A stretch of DNA of 64,000 nucleotides from Podarcis tiliguerta. Lineage: Eukaryota. Positions 24,242 to 38,030 of this stretch are shown piece after piece. The translations under genes and the position numbers were made by a program. The stretch lies in assembly GCA_965153285.1 (NCBI GenBank), contig OZ229116.1; one strand, given 5' to 3'. Position 1 is the first letter of the stretch. Each line of letters opens with the position of its first letter. The notes under the pieces were generated by a model, which made no database searches, had not been told where the DNA came from, and saw only the letters and a list, made by a program, of their open reading frames with translations.

Positions 24242-25715
24242 CTCAGTGTGATGAACCAAGCCATCTTGAAATGAAACAAGTCTGCTTGGTATTTGAGAAG
24301 TGATAATGGAAGAGAAAATTATTAAGGAAGGCTGCAGAAGTGTCTCAAAATAATAGCTTTAAATGACACAACGTCATAGTCCATGAGTTCATATCCTGAT
24401 CATTATCTCTGGAAAAAAAATTCTTGTGTGTTCAGTTTCCTCCCAAATTAGCCAAAAGCAGTGGGTGGGTGGAGTCTCCATTACAACAAGGTGACCTGGT
24501 TTACATGTCATTCTCAATATCCCTCCAATACCCAGGTGATTATAGACAGTATTGGCAAATTCGTAGCTAAACTCTAAATATTAGTAATGACGTTTGGTTT
24601 AAAATGAAAATGCAACTAAAATGGCAACAATTTTGTGAACTGGGGAAAAGTCAGCATATTAAAAGGCCCACACAAAAACCATAGTGCAGTGCCAGCAACC
24701 ATCTTGTGCCAGCTGATTTAAATGAATAATTTGGGACAGGCAGGATCACTGAAGCAAGGAAAAGATTGTGCAGGGAATGAAACAATGATTAGATACCCAA
24801 TATGTATTTTAAATTAAAAATGGCAAGTGACACATATTTATTGATAATTACAAGAAAAACAAAATACCAAGTATTAGAATACTCACCTGGGGGGGGGGGT
24901 GTCAGAATGCACTTGTACATAAATTTCTTATATTTTGTGTAATGCAAAACATATGAACATAAAGTGTTATATATCCAACAAAGTAATTGTGCTTGTGGAA
25001 TGACTTCTACTCTCCCAACAGAACCTCCCTCCCCTTGTGAATCCCATTCTACTCCAGAGGTGTGGAAGGAATCCCCTAGAGCAGATTTAAAGGGGGCAAG
25101 GAGAGGGGGCTGAGTTCAACAGCACAAATGGAAGTTGTTCGACAAGCACAATTACTTTGTTGAGGTGCAATGTTGAGAAGAGAATTTAATAAGGACTGTA
25201 GTGCAAAGAGTTAGATAGGCGCTTGACACTGTCAGGTTCACAGCCACAATCCCAAGCTGTGATGAAGGCGTTCCAGTTGGGACCATCCTCTTCCTCCGCT
25301 CCAGCTTTGTACACGTTGCTTTGTATTGGGTGACTGTACACATGGCACCCATCTCTCAAAGGGAACCATGTATGGATTCTACCATGTATGGGTATGAAGT
25401 GCATGCCCTCCTTTCACCAGTGTGCATCCATTTGCTGCGCATCATCTGCGTGAAAGGTGATCTGTAAACACAGGTTGGTTCAGATCACCCTTGATGGATT
25501 GAGGCTGAAGTAATATTTAAAAAAGAAAGAAAGGAGAGAGGTATCTACTTCTGATATTACTCTAATGTTTTTATGGCTCAGCAATTTGGAAGCCTTTTAT
25601 AATGGAAGGAAAGGATGGCAAAGACTCTTGCCAGAAAAGATCCCTCATACATAAGAGCTGGTGGTTGACACAGGCTATTGAGCTCTTACAATGGATTTGT
25701 TTGTCTTCTGGTTTT

Positions 25716-25902
25716 NNNNNNNNNNNNNNNNNNNNNNNNNNNNNNNNNNNNNNNNNNNNNNNNNNNNNNNNNNNNNNNNNNNNNNNNNNNNNNNNNNNNN
25801 NNNNNNNNNNNNNNNNNNNNNNNNNNNNNNNNNNNNNNNNNNNNNNNNNNNNNNNNNNNNNNNNNNNNNNNNNNNNNNNNNNNNNNNNNNNNNNNNNNNN
25901 NN
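25716..25902. other. Assembly gap (187 N)
   Basis: Run of N. Confidence 1.
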
Positions 25903-27971
25903 TAACTGCAGTGCACATTAAACAGAGAAAATTTTCAAAATTACTGCTCTCTGAATTAATTTGTACACTTGTTTACTTGTTCAAAACACAGTGTTAACTT
26001 CCCTTTTTCTGTATCCGATCTCATTTTGAGTCATATTTTTCAAGGCTAGACAAGTCACACACTTCAGAAGATTACACGCAGATGATTTTGAGCAACTAGG
26101 AAATAGGCATGACTGTAGATTCTAGTTTAGGGTGGGAGCCGTATCTCAATGGGAAGAAAAGAGCCGCTGCTCATGTGCATGCTTAAATTCATATAAATGT
26201 ATATAATTTAAGCTTTCAAGGGGGCAAAAGCTTCAAAATGTATGGGCGGCTGGTAAAAGACCTGGGCAGAGCTGTGTTGAAGCAGCCACGTGGCATCTTT
26301 ATTTGTGGCTAACCAAACTGATGGACTTATTGAAGAGCTCTTAAGTATTCTTTCTTTATCCCAAGACAAACTTGACGTTTTAATTTTTTGCTAATTATCA
26401 GTAGTAGGAGAGGAAGCATGTAATTTAAAAATGTAAGGTTATATTAGTGAAGGTTTCTGCTGAAGTGAACCTACTAAAAAAAATTTTTTTGGTGCCGCTG
26501 CTGTTTTACACAGCGCCTCACATTCTGCTGTACTGCTAAGAGCATTGTTACTTAGAAAATGTAATTGATAATGAGCCATTTCCCTTCAAATCAGAAGTAT
26601 TTTTCTAATGCTTTTTTTGACCTATTAAAAAAACAGTGCAGCTACTGAAGCTCTACTTTGAAGAGGAAGACTGGAAGGTGACATGAGCAGTTTCTTAAAA
26701 CCCCTTCCCCTTGTGCCCACCCAAAATTGCCCCCCTGAGGCTGCTTTCAGCCCCACCATGAAAAACTGTTTTTAACAGTGTTGGAAGAGAGAGACCTGCA
26801 TATCATGACCAGTTCCACTGTCGATTCACCCAAGAGTCAAAGATCTCATGGTTTCTGTGCACAGTGGCTTGGTCCTGTCCACACAGTAGCTATCAGGAAT
26901 CCTGTTCTGTTTACGAGGGACACACTTCATACTTACAGAATCATTTTGTGTTAAGTAACACCCCCGACGGCAGCCATTTTGTGACTGGTGCCCTTGGCAC
27001 CTTCTAAAAATTCTAGATTTGTCCTCGGACCCAAAAAAGGTTGGCAACCACAGTATTACATGATGTGTTTCCCATATGTTCTGTTTTCTGATAAAGTTCG
27101 GCTGAGGAAGTGGGCATATCCTAAAGACTCAAGGCTGATAAGAACCTGTCAGCAACTCATTCCCCATCCCTCAACAGTCTTGCAAAGAAGTTCACTAATA
27201 CTGCTTCTTTGCAATGAGGACATTCAGTCTGAGAGAATGATTTGCCCGGGTACCTCTTGTTCTGGACTTGAGTGGGACTGAGATTCTTAAGATTCTTTCC
27301 TTTCAGCAGTGCAAATGAGCTTCTAATATGAGGATTTTGTTGAACTGTGGCATCGGTAATAAAAATATTGCTTGCTACAGTATACTTAATTGAAAGCAAC
27401 ATTTTTAATTTATATAAGCCTAAATTGGTTCTCTCTTTTTCTCTTTTTTTTAAAAAAAAGAATTGTCTGAACCACAATGGAACTGGATCTGCCAGTGCTC
27501 TTCAGCTTGATAGTATCTAGTCTGCTGTTTTCAAGGGCAGTAGTTTGATTCAACTACAGTTCCAATAAGTGACATATTTCCATGTCTCTAAGGCCCTGAC
27601 AAGGGCACTGCTCTCAGGAGAAGTGGCTGAGCTCCTTGGAAAATGATTCCTTCCCTTCTCCTCTGTGCTGACACACAAAGATAATAGACAATTAACAGAG
27701 GGTATTTGAGGCATTGACAAGCCTAAGGTTATCACTACCCATGGTAGGTGGTTGAGATGCAGAAGGGAAGACATGGATATAAAGCCAGGTATGTGGGAAA
27801 TCTACGATAGGAATTCTGTTTTTAAATGAGTGACATATTTCTGAAAATTTATATGTTAATTCAAATTTTGTCCAGTGCCAGTGGCATGGCAATTGATAGA
27901 GAATTAAGAGACATTACTATCTCATTAATATTCAGTCTTAATTGAAAGACTGAACGCCATTCGATTTACTA

Positions 27972-28196
27972 CAGTGGTACTTCGGGTTAAGTACTTAATT
28001 CGTTCAGGAGGTCCGTTCTTAACCTGAAGCACCACTTTAGCTAATGGGGCCTCCTGCAGCCGCCGCACTGCCAGAGCATGATTTCTGTTCTCATCCTGAA
28101 GCAAAGTTCTTAACCCAAGGTAATATTTCTGGGTTAGCGGAGTCTGTAACCTGAAGCGTATGTAACCTGAAGCGTATGTAACCCGAGGTACCACTG
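27972..28196. mobile_element. Tigger/pogo-like MITE, family A (inverted)
   Basis: TA then cagtggtacttcgggtta, ending taacccgaggtaccactg then TA. Carries a tandem duplication of tgtaacctgaagcgta near the right end. Confidence 0.95.
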
Positions 28197-30448
28197 TATA
28201 ATAATATCTTTGTGGTAATAAAGGTTCTGGGTTATTTCACACATGTTTGTGCTTGAGCTGTATTTTAATCCTGTATAAGTACATATGAATTCCAGTGCTT
28301 TATTGCTCTTGGAGTCCACTTAGACCAGTATAATAGCTTAATCAGCAGCCACCTTGCATCCTTCCATGATGAACACACTCCACCTCTGCCATGGTCTGCT
28401 TCTTGCTCTCTTTCTGTACTTGCAGTCCACTAAGGCAGTATTTCAACCAGTGCTGCTGTTGTTGTTTTAAATTATATATAGTTTTCCAATTTATATCAAA
28501 CAGACGAAAATAGAAGAACATCAAATTCTCTTTCTTTGACTCCTTGGACTGCAAAGTTTCTTTCTTCAGTCCCTTCACAAGCTTATGGCTTGTTAGCCCT
28601 GCTGCACCAAATAGTATGACTGCATTTATAGGATCGACCGTGGGGATCTTTCCTATTTAGGTAGAACACCCACTAGTAGCTGTGGAAAGTGGCCAAATGG
28701 GTAGGAAAGATCTACACATTTAGCTGTGCCCACATGGGTGTGAGATATTCCCCATTTACTTGATAGCATGGTGTCACACTGGGAAAATAGCTTTGATGCC
28801 AGTGCGCATGTGCGTGAAAGGAGTCTTCTCCATCCTGATGTATTATACCGTATCCAAATAAACTTTTCACATGGACAAGTGAGACTTCCTGCAGCAGTGC
28901 CTTCTGGCTGTGTTGCCACCATGTACCAAGAGAGGCTAGGCAGCATTGAGATCAGGGTCCATTGGGCAGTATGCTGCTGCTGCTGTTGCTGGGAGGCTAT
29001 TGCTGTGAGTCCACCCCACTTGGTGAGTTGCTCCAGCACATAGCTTACAAAGGGAGAGAGTTATGGAGGCCTGGTGTGCACATCACAGAAGACGCTTGCT
29101 TCCACATTCTTCACTCTGCACCCGGATTCTCTGGTGATGATGGGATTGTGTGTTCCTTTTTGACCATGTAAATAGGGGAGAAACACATGTTTCCTAAGGT
29201 TAAAACAAACCAAAGATTAGTCTAAACTGAGAGTGGAACTGGTTAACTGATTCTCTCTACTCTACATTCATTTGTCTGTAGCAGCCTGAACTGCCAATAT
29301 AGTGTTCAGCTTCTGATAAATACTGGGTTCTCCTCAGCTGAAGAGATCAGCCTGATAAGATAAGGTGGCCTTAAAAAAGAGAGAGAGTGAGTGAGTTAGA
29401 AAGTATGTTAACTGCTTTGGCTGCTGAATACCCCCTGGTAGTCAGAGATAAGACACCTTGAGCTTCTCAGCAGATTTTAGACAGGATGTAAATGAAGCAA
29501 AAAAATATTTTTTATTTTTTTCCAAATCTGGTAGCTATTCTGCTGCTCACTCTTCCCCCTGCCCCCCACCCAAATCATGACAGCCAAAGGCTTAATTTAC
29601 TATATTTCACATAGTGCTTCCATTCTGATCACAGGAAGCTGCTACCGGTTGTTTTAGATACAGCTTTAAACAAAGAAAAGATATCTGCATTTTTGAAGAG
29701 GCCTCTATTTCAGTCAGCTAATCGTGAGTTCCAGCAGGCTTTCCCAAATGGAATACATACGTAAGAGAAAGAAAATGTTGGCTGCAAAGCGGATTCACTT
29801 TTCCCCAGTTGCAATTAAGTCAAACCTCACCGGGAAACTTGCATGCAACTGACATTAAAAGCAAGCAGCAGATAATGCGGTTAAAGATGCAACACCGAAA
29901 TACTCCCATCAGCCTCTGCTAGATCAAAATTAATTTGCATCATTACGCCTGTGAACAAACGATGTTGGGTGGTAGTCAACTAATGTTTACTCAGAGTAGG
30001 CCTATTGTAATTAATTAACATGACTTGGCTCATTGAAGAGATTGACTGTCACCCATTTCTTCCTCTCATCTGTAGTCTACAATGTTACAGGATGAAACAA
30101 TCCTGATAGTTTGGGTTTTCTTATTTTCCATGGAGCACGGATGAATGGAGGCTTCCCTCACAGACCTGAGAATGGTGTCTAGTCCAGCATCTACTTTGGG
30201 CAATTAAACTGTTCAGAGGTAAAAACACATGGAATCTGAAGAGCTCCTCTCTCAGGAATTACAGTAGGCTCTGTTTATGTCACATCTTAGGATCAAATGA
30301 GGAACAGATGCTGGCTGCTGCACCCACTTCCTCCTTTTCCTGGCTAGTCTGTTGTAATGCCTAAAGTGCTAGTGTTGGCTGTGGAAACCCAAGTTTAACA
30401 ACCCACTCTAGTTGCATTCAGATAAATCCTCTAAAACTCTGGTTAGAG

Positions 30449-30586
30449 CAGGGGTGGGAGACACATGGTCCTTCAGATTCTGTTGGACTGCAATTACCAT
30501 CAGCCCTAGCCAGCATAGCCAGCGGTTTGAGATGATGGGAGTTGTACTCCAGTAACATCTGGAAGGCCACAGGCTCCTCATCCCTA
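30449..30586. mobile_element. Short palindromic hAT-Charlie-like MITE with TSD
   Basis: Ends caggggtgggaga and ctcctcatcccta. 8-bp TSD ggttagag / gtttagag with 1 mismatch. Confidence 0.82.
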
Positions 30587-31196
30587 GTTTAGAGGATCAA
30601 GAACGAAACCTCTGTTTATACCTTCCCCCTTCTCATCTGTCTTTCTTTACTTTTCTAGTGAGGGAGTTACTTAATCACTTTGTAGTTTGATCAAAGCATT
30701 GTTTGTTGTTGCATTTGACCATGGCAAACTAAGCCATAGTGATGCAGCAAATACCTAACCACTGAAACAGCAGTGCTCTCATATGCTTGTCATTAATCTA
30801 AGAAGCGGTGGGCAAATGTTTGACAGCTCGAAAGGTAACAGTAGGATATGCCTTTATTAAGGCTAGCTACAAAGTCCCAAAGAAGTGAGCAGGCTTTTTA
30901 AGCTCAACCAACACTTTTCATCAGGCTGCATGTTTGAGTGATATGAAAACAAAATAGGGATAGGAGGTGAATGTTGATGGGTGAAATGAAAAGGCTTTAA
31001 TCTGCAGATTGCAATAGAAAATGCGCATCATTTCCTGGAGAGAGCAGAACTGGCCACTATCACATGCACCTTGATCATATCTCAGTTAGATTATTGCAGT
31101 GGGACTGCCCTTGAAGCATTTAAATTCTGTTTTGTATCATCTGCATTGGTTAACAGTATGTTAACCAAGCTGATATATATTTTTTTTTAAAGTCTC

Positions 31197-31201
31197 ATAT
31201 A

Positions 31202-31247
<46 letters not shown>

Positions 31248-31255
31248 GAGAGAGA
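31197..31255. repeat. Compound (TA)/(GT)n/(GA)n microsatellite
   Basis: Directly visible. Confidence 0.9.
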
Positions 31256-31774
31256 TGCCCCATAACAACTCAAAGCAAAAAACAAAACACTTTGAAACAG
31301 TACGTATAAATCAATAAAAACTATCACAGATTAAGTTTAAAAACTGGAATACAGTTAAACAAATAAATCAAATCCATGATTGGATTTATACACCAGCCTT
31401 CATTGTACTGTGATCCCAGGCAGGTTACAGTAGAAACAAAACATATTTTTTTAAAAAATTCAGCTTATAATGCCCCAGATTGTTTCTGCACTATTTGAGT
31501 GCTGTTGATGTCCCCTCATGACCCTTTCTTACCAAAGACCAGGATGAAGATACAGGTTTTTCAACTGGCACTTAAAATTAAACAGAGTCAGCACCACTAG
31601 TATTTGGCATTCGAAAGCTGGGTGCCACTACCAAAATATTATCCTGTGTAATGGAACGATCTTCTTTACTCGGGGATGGTATAAGAATGGTATCCCCAGA
31701 AGTTCTTAAAGCATGTGGGCATCCCTTCAGATATCTCAAACAAGGTGCATACCTAATTCATCAACCCATGCACC

Positions 31775-31914
31775 TAGAATCATAGAATTGTAGAGTTGGA
31801 AGGGACCACAAGGGTCATCTAGTCCAACCCCCTGCAGTGCTGGAATCTTTTTGCCCAACATGGGCAAAAATGGCTTGAACCCAGGACTCTGAGATTAAGT
31901 GCCTCAGTGTTCTA
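31775..31914 (-). mobile_element. SINE with tRNA-Lys-derived head and CR1-derived tail
   Basis: tagaatcatagaattgtagagttggaagggacc is a reversed CR1 3' end. gcccaacatggg..gcttgaacccaggactctgagattaag.gcctca resembles the reverse of tRNA-Lys(CTT). Confidence 0.75.
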
Positions 31915-34303
31915 TTATAAATCAAAAGAAAGTTAATTTGAAGGATATACTCGATCAAAATGGATGGTGACTGTGAAATCTATACATTTTAATCATCTTT
32001 TTATCTTAATATGCTGAATAAACAGAGAACATAGGTGGAGGAGATGGACATTGAAATCGTTCTTTTGTTTGAACTTATAATAAAGAAGAAAACATTTATT
32101 GTCTCTTTTATAGGAAGAATATCTTACAGGCAGAATATCTTATTTGATAATAGAACTTTCCGCTAGAAAAAGCTACTTAGGAAAATAACTTGCGACCTAA
32201 GCAGGAAAGAAATACTTCAGAAATTAGAAGGTTTTATGTTGTCAGAGTCTGGAATCTCTTTCCTTTCTTGTCACAGTGTCTAAAACAGAAAATGCCACCA
32301 GATGCTATTGTTAATGCAGAACCCCTTTAAGTTTCTCCCCAAGTAACCCAACTGTTAATGCATTTAATTGGTCCTCCCAGAGTAGTTTTGAAATATTGAT
32401 ACATTTTAAAAACATCTGTAAATTATAAATAATTTTTAAAGTTCACATTTCTCTTTTGAATGCCCATTACAGAGTATTAGTTTTCAAGCAGCTAAATAAG
32501 TTATGAGACAAATGAGTGAGTTTAATGTGGGGCCACTGATGTGAAAAAAATGTGGTGGTTGTATTATTAAAGTTGTAGCTTTTCCAAAACTGTTTATATT
32601 TCTGTTGAGAGCAAATGGAGGAAATTGTGTAATAATGTATGATGCTCTATTGAAAATGGCTTGAGGCTTGATAATTTATTATGGTGCCCACATATATATT
32701 TTTTTTAAGTATAAATATATTTCCTGCATGGACATCACACACCTTCTGGGACAACATAAAATTGTGGGGACACAATGGCTGCTAAGTAAACTATAAGAAT
32801 TGATAGTTGTGCGAAAAGACTGAAATGTGTGCTGTACGATTGATACACATATTGTGTATTATCTGAATATCACAGATGTTAAGCAAGTTTAAATTATGTG
32901 ATGTGCTGAGAAAATCATAGCCAAGTATTATATTTATTAGCATGGCCTTATGCCCAGCAAGTGCACAATATTTTATCTCAATACTACCTGAGGTCTTTTT
33001 AATTTGGTCAGACCATCACATTTCCCTGACATGCCTTCTTGTATATTCAGGGTAGCTTTCTAGACAATTAGTTGCACTTTGGTAATAATAAAAGGTATAT
33101 CCTGCCTCGAAATCTGAAACAAACTATTACAAGCTATATGATATGTAGTAACTCTGGTGCAAAAGAAACACACAAAAGTGTTTGACAGGAGCTACCTACT
33201 ATCTGTCTGGTCAACTGACTTACCTGGGTCATATTTGTTCATTTCCTATTTAATATCATTTAAATTTGCATTGGAATGTATGCCAAAAGTGTGTCCGGCT
33301 CGATGCACAGTATGCCTGCTTTTATGCTTGTGTACATGTAAATATGTAAATAAGTCTAGGGATATACTGGTGTGTCTGCTTTCGTCCCTCTGCTGGAATA
33401 TATTGCTTTGTCAATTCTTTTTCTGTACAGTGTTTTCTTCGAAAGTAACCATTGTTGTAAATCCTGTCTCTGTTAAGGAACCTTACTAGGTTGTACTTCC
33501 ACATACATCATCCTGAGCCCCCTGGGCCCAAGGACAGTTATGGGCCCAAGGACAGGTCTGTCATTACAGGTAACTAGCCCAGGTAGCAAAAATATATCAG
33601 CAAGGCCTGCAACTGGGAGGTGTCTAGCCCTCTGATGTGCCATATTTTCTCTTTGATCATGTACTAATCCAGCAGCTGTAGGCTGCTTGGTGACTCCTAA
33701 TTTTAGGAGAAATCAACGTGTTTCTGTGGCCTTATGACACAAAAGTGGGACTCAAGAGGTGACTGTTTTGCTTTACATATGGATTCTTAGGTTCTTCAAG
33801 TGGCTCCATGCACAGTAGTTGCACATATACGTAACTGGCCAGGCTGACCACTTGGTAGTAGCATCATTGCGGAGAGGCCTTTCCTCCTCACTGGTCAGCA
33901 ACTTGATGCAGGTGAAGCTGTCTATGACAGGAATGGCAATCTCTCAACTGCTGTTGCCATGGTCATAAAACCATGTTGGAGGCTTATGGCTGATAAGGCT
34001 TAAGCTGCTGAAAGCAAGTGGATACCAGCCTACCAATTTTGTTGTGGGAGATCACATGCCTCCTTTGGTGCTCTGTTATGTCTCCAAGAGGATGCTCACA
34101 TCCAGCTGTAGCAATAAGCGAATGCTTTTGTCCTGGGGTAGTGTTTTGATTTCATCAGTCTTATGTATATTTCACAGCCTACAGTGTCCATAACAATATA
34201 TGCATGAGACACTAGGCTAAAGGCAAATTTCCACCCTAGTGCAGCATCATTGTGTGTGCGGTGTTTAGCATCTTTTTGTGTATCAGTACCTCCTTTGTAT
34301 ACA

Positions 34304-34654
34304 GGGACGCGGGTGGCGCTGTGGTATAAACCACTGAGCCTAGGGCTTGCCGATCAGAAGATCGGCTGTTCGAATCCCCGCGACGGAGTGAGCTCCCGTT
34401 GTTCAGTCACAGCTCTTGCCAACCTAGCAGTTTGAAAGCACGCCAAAGTGCAAGTAGATAAATAGGTACTGCTCCGGTGGGAAGGTAAACGGTGTTTCCA
34501 TGCGCTGCTCTGGTTTGCCAGAAGCGGCTTAGTCATGCTGGCCACATGACCTGGAAGCTGTACGCCGGCTCCCTTGGCCAATAAAGCGAGATGAGTACGC
34601 AACCCCAGATTCGTCCATGACTGGACCTAACAGTCAGGGTACCTTTACCTTTTT
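34304..34654 (+). mobile_element. Sauria SINE, full length, with TSD
   Basis: tRNA-derived head gggacgcgggtggcgctgtgg with B-box-like gttcgaatcc, and tail acctttacctt. TSD ctcctttgtatac at 34290-34302 and 34657-34669. Confidence 0.94.
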
Positions 34655-37600
34655 ATCTCCTTTGTATACCTTACACAACTGTTGGTCCAGAGTCAATCTG
34701 CTATCGCTGTATGTTGTTGAGATAGGCTTTGACAACTTGTTGGCTGCTGCTTTATATTGTGTTCTGTCGTAGTCTTATTTAATTTTAGATTGTTACGACC
34801 TGCTCTGGGATCACAACAGTGGGAAATGATGGGATATTCCATCTTTTGAAAAATCCATTAGAGACTTGCTTATTTTACTAAACAGAACTGAATTTTTATT
34901 AATGAACATCCCTAAATGATGAAAATGAAAGTCCCATTTTTTTATATATTTGGCAACTTTACAATATCCAAAACACTGAGAGGAAACTAGGCCCAGCTGG
35001 AGCTGTGAGGATGGAAGGTTGCCTGTTTCCCTTCTTCACAAAACAAATGTGTCCTTTATGTTTGGCAGAATGGGGTGGGATGAGAAGGGATCATTGTGCT
35101 GAGAGACAATTGCATGAACTTGAGGCTTGAACAACTGCCCCTTACATGACCATCCATCCAAAAGCAACCTGAGGCACAACCATATGAATGTCAGTGTAAC
35201 CACTGCTTCTTTTTTCTAGAAAAAGAGGTGCAGGAAATCCCAACTTTTTTTGACGGACAACCCTAAGTTGTTGAGCTGCTTTGAGGAGGACACCAAAGTT
35301 GTTGAGTTGCTTTTAGGGAGCAACCAGAAACACGCACCTCCCTGAAAGAGCTTCTTTCGGAAGAGCATCAAAGCATCAAAGCATCCATCCAAATTCCTCC
35401 ACCCAGAAAACACTCAGCCTGCCCTCAACACCAGGATAATTATGGACACAGAGAAGATCTGCTGGAACTCTCAGGAGAGGTGCCGGAACTAAGTCTGATA
35501 GGTTGATGGTGGATTCCTGATAGTCTAATCCTGGCGCATCCAAGAGCTCCTTTGAGTCAGGAAGGCTATTTTAATTATTCTAGGAAAGTACTGATGCCTC
35601 CTTTGGAGAGAAAGCTTGCTTTATGGTTGTATACAGGTCTCACTTACATTACATTACAATGCATTCCCTACAAATTGTTTGTTAGGCGATCGTTCACATA
35701 ATGAGGCCATGATTTCCATTGCTTCCTATGGAAGCATTTCTAATCTGGGATTTGTCCAGTCCCCCCACCCCAAAACACACACAGACAACACCATGGTAGC
35801 TTGCTGAAATGACTGCAGCCATCCAGCAAAAAAGATACAAAGGAGAAACTGAATTTCTGATATCTCCTGCTCCCTGATTTGTCTGATCTCGTCCCCTCCC
35901 TCCCTCCCTCCCTACATGGTTTCTGCCTGAAAAGGCAGTAAGGAACAAGTAATGAAGTGGGCCACCTCTGTCTGTTCAGATATCTGAATCTGTGGGGTAT
36001 ATAGTGATGTTTCGGCCTAATTATTTACATTCGGATAAGCGAATTTTTCATAGTGAGCGGGACCTATGTGTAATTGGATCTAGCTGAGAACATCCTGTAA
36101 AAAAGCGATGTCTTGCCCCAATTGACCAGCTAATTGCATCATAATGTTCATGCAGCTGATTTTGTTAGGAGGTTCAACTAATTTTAACAGGGGCCTAGAG
36201 CCATTTCCATGTTCTTTACCGTTTTTAAAATTGTTTTGCTTTGAGCTGATTATAGAGTGGTGTTTTCAAAAGCACTCAAGCCCCTGTTGATTTGGATCAC
36301 AAGCCTGTTAAGAGCTTTGGTGATGTCAGCCAAAATAAAGGCAAATACATAGAAAAGGGAGAACAGAGCTCCTACTTTTCTGCTTGCAAAACAGTTGAGC
36401 CCAAATGTGTGTAAGTCATGCCCCTTTCTGATGCCTGGCCACGTTGTTCAGAAGCAGCTCTGTTAATTCAGTGAGCGGCACTGGGGGATAAGATCACTTT
36501 CAAGACTTCACAACTATTGAGGTTGGCACATGAGTGGCTGGCTGCTTGCACCACAGAGGTGCTTTGTGCTTTGATGCCTCCTTCATCCCACCCCTGTGGA
36601 ATAACTCCTTCTGGTATTACTTCACTTTTCTGTTAGCAGAGCACTTTCCCCATAAATATGACTGAACAGGTGTTACTTTGCCACTAACTGAGTTTCCAGC
36701 TGTCCTCCTCCAACACAGACAGGGCAAAAATCTGTTGTTTGGTCCTATTAGGCAGACTAGAGTGCTCTCGAGCCCGAGACGGAGATCTTTCTTGCAGGAT
36801 ATGGTAGTTTTGTTGCCAGAAGATGGCCAGGAAGGCCTGGCTAGCTAACAAAGACAGTCCTTCAGCTGCTGGGTGTAGTTCCAGCTTTGCATTCCCGTTG
36901 GCAGCGGCACAGAGAGTGCTGCAGTGTGGCCAGCCAGAAAAATTAGGAAATAAGGACCTCTTTTATTTACTCAGGCTGCTGAATCATGGGCATTCCTGTC
37001 TGCTTGGAGAAAAGTCAGGCAGCTCTACTTTCCACTGGAAATCTCAAGAGTGTTTGGTACTTTCATCTCAGAGTGTTCACACACTTGTTTTAATGTGCTT
37101 TATGGAAATGGTGAAACTCAGCAAGTAAGAGCTGCTGTGGGGTGGGGGGAGCTCCCCTCGATGCACTAACGATCCATTCAAATCTGCATGTGTAAATAGA
37201 CTTCATAGCCCATGCAGCTGATTTCTAGCATCTTTTTCTCTCTCTTCAATTGCACAAGCTAGGCCTCGCTTTAGAAGTCAGCTGGTGTGAAGTGCCTGGT
37301 TCCCAAAATTAAAAATTAACATGGACATGCTAAGTGCATCACATTGAAACACAGAATCCTTGCAGTAACACAAAAAAGGCATTTACAGTAAGTAGCACTT
37401 AGCGACTGGTAGGATTTAAAGGGAAATATGCACATGTGTACACACTCACACACAATCGTTGATTTAGAAAATGTACTTTATCTCCCTCACTCCCCAAGTC
37501 ATGAAATACTCTGGGGAACGCTTCAGGATATAGTCTGTAAAACTCCCACTGCTTCCCGAGACAAATTTAATATGTGCGTCCGTAAATGGACTTTGGATCA

Positions 37601-37782
37601 AAGTAGTTTGAAAACAAAAGTTATGTATAAAAGTATAGGTTAATATGAGTACCATTGGCCTCCTTCAGCATGCCCTTTATGTATATTTGTCTGTTTCTGT
37701 AGTACCATGGAGTTCATAGTATTCTACTACTTAATTTTGTAAGGCATGAACTGTACATTATATTACAGTTTTATTCTTTTTA

Positions 37783-38030
37783 CAGTGGTACCTCGCAAGA
37801 CGAATGCCTCGGAAGATGAAAAACTCGCAAGACGAAAGAGTTTTTCGTTTTCTGAGGTGCTTCGCAAGACGGATTTCCCTATGGGCTTGCTTCGCAAGAC
37901 GAAACGTCTTGCGCCTTTAAAAAAAAAAACTGCCAATGCATTCCTATGGGAAACCGTCAATACACATTGGTGCTTCGCAAGACGAAAAAACTCGCAGAAC
38001 GAATTAATTTCGTCTTGCGAGGCACCACTG
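37783..38030. mobile_element. Tigger/pogo-like MITE, family B
   Basis: TA then cagtggtacctcgcaagacgaa, ending ttcgtcttgcgaggcaccactg then TA. Confidence 0.95.

Noticed and set aside
25571-25997. ORFs spanning the N run
   Set aside because: Artifacts of the assembly gap.
31850-31914. Possible tRNA-Lys gene
   Set aside because: Truncated, disrupted by an insertion and fused to a CR1 tail, so it is a SINE head.
33523-33556. Short tandem duplication tgggcccaaggacag x2 (similar cases at ~425-450 and ~61085-61132)
   Set aside because: Ordinary slippage or microduplication with no further structure.
37783-38030. Regularly spaced cttcgcaagacg repeats resembling a CRISPR-like array
   Set aside because: They are short internal repeats of a TA-flanked MITE in eukaryotic DNA, with no unique spacers or cas genes.
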